This document shows positions 60,301 to 64,000 of a stretch of 64,000 bases of DNA, one piece after another (position 1 is the first letter of the stretch; each line of letters opens with the position of its first letter). The position numbers were made by a program, and so were the translations under genes. The notes below the pieces were generated by a model. The model saw nothing but the letters and a program-made list of their open reading frames with translations. It had not been told where the DNA came from and ran no database searches. The stretch is from Macrostomum hystrix (Eukaryota > Animalia > Platyhelminthes). The DNA is taken from assembly GCA_950097015.1 (NCBI GenBank), contig CATNEN010000039.1, positions 12,338,001 to 12,402,000 on the forward strand, given 5' to 3'.

Positions 60301-63300
60301 AAAGTGAGGATTTAAAATTTGCTACAAGATGTGAAAGTGTGATTTTTGTATTGATTTTTTGGTGTGGCCAAAATCTACAATGACTACCAAAACATGTTAT
60401 TGTGTGCTTTATCCACACAATCTAATGTGTGCCGTTTCGCAGACCCATTTGAAATTTTGAATTTTATCTAGTTTGTTAAGCGTTCTATTGTTCATAATTC
60501 CACTTTAATTGCGCTAAAAGCAGCGGTGTTGGGTCGCTTTTAATGCCGATTTTATCGGGTATAGTGGAGGGTGTAACAGAGGTATTGGAGAGGGTGTCAT
60601 AGAGGTATATGGGAGGGTGTCATAGAGGTATTGGGGAGGGTGTCATAGAGGTATTGTGGAGGGTGTCATAGAGGTATATGGCAGGGTGTCACGGAGGTAT
60701 ATGGGAGGGTGTGATAGAGGTATATGGGAGTGTATCATAGAAGCATTGGAGAGGGTGTCATAGAGTTATTGGGGAGGGTGTCATAGAGGTATATGGGAGG
60801 GTGTCATAAAGGTTTTATGGAGGGTGTCACAGAGGTATTGGGAGGGTGTCATAGAGGTATTGGGGAGGGTGTCACGGAGGTATTGGGGAGGGTGTCATAG
60901 AGGTATTGGGTGGGTGTTACAGAGGTATTGGAGAGGGTGTCATAGAGATATTGGAGAGGGTGTAAAAGAGGTATTGGGGAGGGTGTTACAGAGGTATTGG
61001 AGAGGGTGTCATAGAGGTATTGGAGAGGGTGTAAAAGAGGTATTGGGGAGGGTGTAAAAGAGGTATTAAAGAGGGTGTCATAGAGGTATTGGAGAGGGTG
61101 TAAAAGAGGTATTGGGGAGGGTGTCATAGAGGTATTGGGGAGGGTGTAAAAGAGGTATTAAAGAGGGTGTCATAGAGGTTTTGTGGAGGGTGTTACAGAG
61201 GTATTGGAGAGGGTGTCATAGAGATATTGGAGAGGGTGTAAAAGAGGTATTGGGGAGGGTGTTACAGAGGTATTGGAGAGGGTGTCATAGAGGTATTGGA
61301 GAGGGTGTAAAAGAGGTATTGGGGAGGGTGTAAAAGAGGTATTAAAGAGGGTGTCATAGAGGTATTGGAGAGGGTGTAAAAGAGGTATTGGGGAGGGTGT
61401 TACAGAGGTATTGGAGAGGGTGTCATAGAGGTATTGGAGAGGGTGTAAAAGAGGTATTGGGGAGGGTGTTACAGAGGTATTGGAGAGGGTGTCATAGAGG
61501 TATTGGAGAGGGTGTAAAAGAGGTATTGGGGAGGGTGTAACAGAGGTATTAAAGAGGGTGTCATAGAGGTATTGGGGAGGGTGTCATAGAGGTATATGGG
61601 AGGGTGTCACAGAGGTATTGGGGAGGGTGTCATAGAGGTATTGGGGAGGGTGTCATAGAGGTATTGGGGAGGGTGCCACGGAGGTATATGGGAGTGTATC
61701 ATAGAGGTATTGGAGAGGGTGTCACAGAGGTATTGGGGAGGGTGTCACGGAGGTATATGGGAGGGTGTCACAGAGGTATATGGGAGTGTATCATAGAGGT
61801 ATTGGGGAGGGTGTCATAGAGGGTATGGGGAGGGTGTAACTGAGGGCATTGGAGGGTGTCATAGAGGGTATTGTAGAGGGCTAATCAGTAATTTTCTGTT
61901 ATCTTTCAAGCTGTCTATAACATGGTAGAAGTTGAATGGCTCAGGATCTCAAACGCCTTCCAGTTGCCTATTTGATCGCGAAATTGGTGTGAATTTTGTG
62001 TGAAATCGTTTTTTTCGTGTGCGTTCGTGTGTTTAAATAAACATTTTCCCGTGTGAATCTACAAAGTTACCAGCATTACCTTTTTGTGCTTTTGAAAGAC
62101 TGAGAAACCTTCCCGCGTTTTTGCTGTTAAAAATGTACTGTTAAACTGCGAGGGATTTTGGAATAGCTGCCGATTTTTATAAGCTTGTAACCGTCTGAGT
62201 GCCGGATGCCATGGGGTGGATGTGAGGGGAGAGGAACAGAGGGGAGAGGAACAGAGGGGTAGAGGAACAGAAGGGGAGAGAATCAGAGGGAGAGAAAGAG
62301 AGGGGAGAGGAACATAGGGGAGAGTAAAAGAGGGAGAGGAACAGAAGGGGAGAGGAACAGAAGGGGAGAGGAACAGAAGGGGAGAGAAAGAGAGGGAGAG
62401 GAACAGAAGGGGAGAGAAAGAGAGGGAGAGGAACAGAAGGGGAGAGGAACAGAAGGGGAGAGGAACAGAAGGCGAGAGGAACAGAAGGGAGAGGAAGAGA
62501 AGGGTAGAGGAACAGAAGGGGAGAGAATCAGAGGGAGAGAAAGAGAGGGGAGAGGAACAGAGGGGAGAGTAAAAGAGGGAGAGGAACAGAGGGGAGAGGA
62601 ACAGAGGGTAGAGGACCAGAAGGGGAGAGAATCAGAGGGAGAGAAAGAGAGGGGAGAGGAACAGAGGGGAGAGTAAACGAGGGAGAGGAACAGAGGGGAG
62701 AGGAAGAGAAGGGTAGAGGAACAGAAGGGGAGAGAATCAGAGGGAGAGAAAGAGAGGGGAGAGGAACAGAGGGGAGAGTAAAATAGGGAGAGGAACAGAA
62801 GGGGAGAGGAACAGAAGGGGAGAGAAAGAGAGGGAGATGAACAGAAGGGGAGAGGAACAGAAGGGGAGATGAACAGAAGGGACCAGTATGGAATAACCTG
62901 GAACGATGGGGAATAGTTTCTACGCCGTATATGTAATCCCCTAAGCCGCACGTACAGACAGCCTTCCAAAAATGCGGGCAGACAATGACGCATCTCTGAC
63001 GTCAGCCCCTCAAGGATCCAGCAGCGAGGGCGCACCGAACTTCCACACAGCCTAACAAGAGTATTTGATGGTTTCTGGGGGCAATCAGGATAGGGTTTTG
63101 GGAGCAAAAATCGCAACGAGGGGAAGAAAGTGAAAGATTATAGGAGGCGAGAAGGCATCTGGGCGCCCTCCTGTAGTCTGGTTGCAGTTGAAGGTGTAGT
63201 TGGGGGTCAGCAATTTCGACTGCAGTTCGTTGTCGTGTTCGCAATTTCCGCGATCAGTTAAACAAGGAGCCTCGGAACACGAAAAAATAAGGGCATAGGA

Positions 63301-63954
63301 GAAATCTTTTTAGCTGTCTCGCCTGTTGTCCTTTGTGACTTTCAGATTTGACTTTTTGGAAAAATGGCAAATAAGTTCAAGTGGAAATTGTTCTGCCACT
63401 TGTATAGGCAGTCTTCTGCATTTTTGGAAGATACTTTTTTAAACTGGAGCTTAGGATTACTTTTAAGGGATAAATACGAGCAAGAGTAATAGGATAGGGA
63501 TGGATAAAGACTGATTGGGATGTTTGCATTTTGATGAATAAAGACAATTTTTTAATAAATAGTTAATTACGGATGAATACTAATTAGAATACTGGGATGT
63601 TAAAATACAAAGACTAACCAAGGATATCAATAAACAAAGACTGCCGGCCTAGCTGTTAGTGTTGAAACAAAGACCTGGCAAGTGATTGTTTGGCATTGCA
63701 GGCTGCAGCAGCTGGCATCCGCTTACGCCTATCAGCAGCCGATGCTGTCGCAGGCCAGTCTGATGGCCCTGAGCGCCTCGCCGCAGCTCGCAGCGGCCGC
63801 AGCGGCGGCGGCGGCTGCGGCGGCGGCAGCTGGGGGCGGCGGCGGCGGCGGCGCCGGTGGCAACTCTTCAGCGGCCACAGCCAGCTTTCTGGCCGATTAT
63901 GCGGCCACGATGGCGGCAGCGCAGCAGTTTCAGCAACAGCAGCAGCATCAGCAT

Positions 63955-64000
<46 letters not shown>
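51357..64000 (+). CDS. RBM24: RNA-binding protein 24/38 (SUP-12-like single RRM); 3'-partial
   Basis: Exons 51357-51545, 55007-55130, 60070-60127 and 63702->64000. [57 protein letters not shown] is the RBM24/38 RRM. Exons 3-4 are inferred from GT-AG and phase (1, then 2) and encode a poly-A/G/Q tail. RBM24 and RBM38 cannot be separated in an invertebrate. Confidence 0.9.
51597..52008. repeat. ~23-bp minisatellite (AGAGTGACAAGAGTGACTAAAGT), RBM24 intron 1
   Basis: Direct reading. Confidence 0.9.
52672..53100. repeat. 12-bp repeat (ATCTACCTTCTT), RBM24 intron 1
   Basis: Direct reading. Confidence 0.9.
53700..54190. repeat. 21-bp minisatellite (GATTTGGTAGCCTAATAGATA), RBM24 intron 1
   Basis: Direct reading. 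Confidence 0.92.
54638..54800 (+). mobile_element. tRNA-derived CORE-like SINE copy in RBM24 intron 1
   Basis: TAGCCCAGTGGTTTGAGAGTCGGACTCACGACTTAAAGGTCGGGGGTTCGATTC..CTTTAGCAAGACACTTAACTCTG, homologous to the 30586 copy. Confidence 0.72.
54821..54974 (+). mobile_element. 5'-truncated copy of the second SINE family, abutting the CORE-like SINE and just upstream of RBM24 exon 2
   Basis: Begins at the B-box AGTTCGATTCCG..CGAGGCCACATT and shares ~100 nt with 37051-37141. Confidence 0.72.
55265..55385 (+). mobile_element. tRNA-derived CORE-like SINE copy (internally deleted) in RBM24 intron 2
   Basis: GTTAGAGCGTCTAACTTATGACTTGAAGGTCGGGGGTTCGATTCCC..TGTGTTCTTTAGCAAGACAC..CCCCAGTCCATGG shares head, core and 3' part with the 30586 copy. 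Confidence 0.72.
56045..57778. repeat. 21-bp minisatellite (CTCACAGTCTACTCTCGCCAT), RBM24 intron 2
   Basis: Direct reading; ~82 units. Confidence 0.96.
58320..58762. repeat. 16-bp minisatellite (GAGAGATGAGACACGG), reverse complement of the unit inside the 16886 MITE
   Basis: Direct reading. A degenerate array of the same unit lies at ~28010-28185. Confidence 0.94.
59380..60015. repeat. 19-bp minisatellite (GTGTCACCTGTTAGATACG), RBM24 intron 2
   Basis: Direct reading. Confidence 0.96.
60565..61880. repeat. ~23-bp G-rich minisatellite (GAGGGTGTCATAGAGGTATTGGG), RBM24 intron 3
   Basis: Direct reading. Confidence 0.94.
62224..62882. repeat. ~16-bp purine-rich repeat (GAGGAACAGAAGGGGA), RBM24 intron 3
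   Basis: Direct reading. Confidence 0.92.

Noticed and set aside
62885-63300. GC-richer unique block with short minus-strand ORFs in RBM24 intron 3
   Set aside because: No recognisable protein motif or termini; may be a retroelement remnant but unsupported.

Overview
This is eukaryotic, intron-containing animal DNA. About 40% of the window (my rough sum, ~25 kb) lies in ~34 different minisatellite arrays placed in introns and next to gene ends. That architecture suggests a flatworm such as Macrostomum (inference, not verified). I reconstructed seven spliced genes by hand with GT-AG, phase-consistent boundaries. On the + strand: glucosidase II alpha (GANAB-like, 5' end outside the window, ending in HDEL), a TWIK-type K2P channel, a C8orf82/UPF0598 protein, a MetX-fold serine O-succinyl/acetyltransferase of the fungal Cys2 type, LARP1, and RBM24/38 (3' end outside the window). 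On the - strand: a PC1/3-like proprotein convertase. Mobile DNA includes a hAT MITE with a perfect 8-bp TSD, a long-TIR foldback element, several tRNA-headed CORE-like SINEs and a second, structured SINE family. Highlights: the Cys2-like alternative cysteine-biosynthesis enzyme in an animal; an HDEL-bearing GII-alpha with a WNDMGEP catalytic motif; a shared AGACAGC motif just before the ATG of three consecutive co-oriented genes; hairpin-unit arrays just after stop codons; and a satellite cassette that recurs with shared flanks. Most long ORFs in the track are artefacts of tandem repeats.
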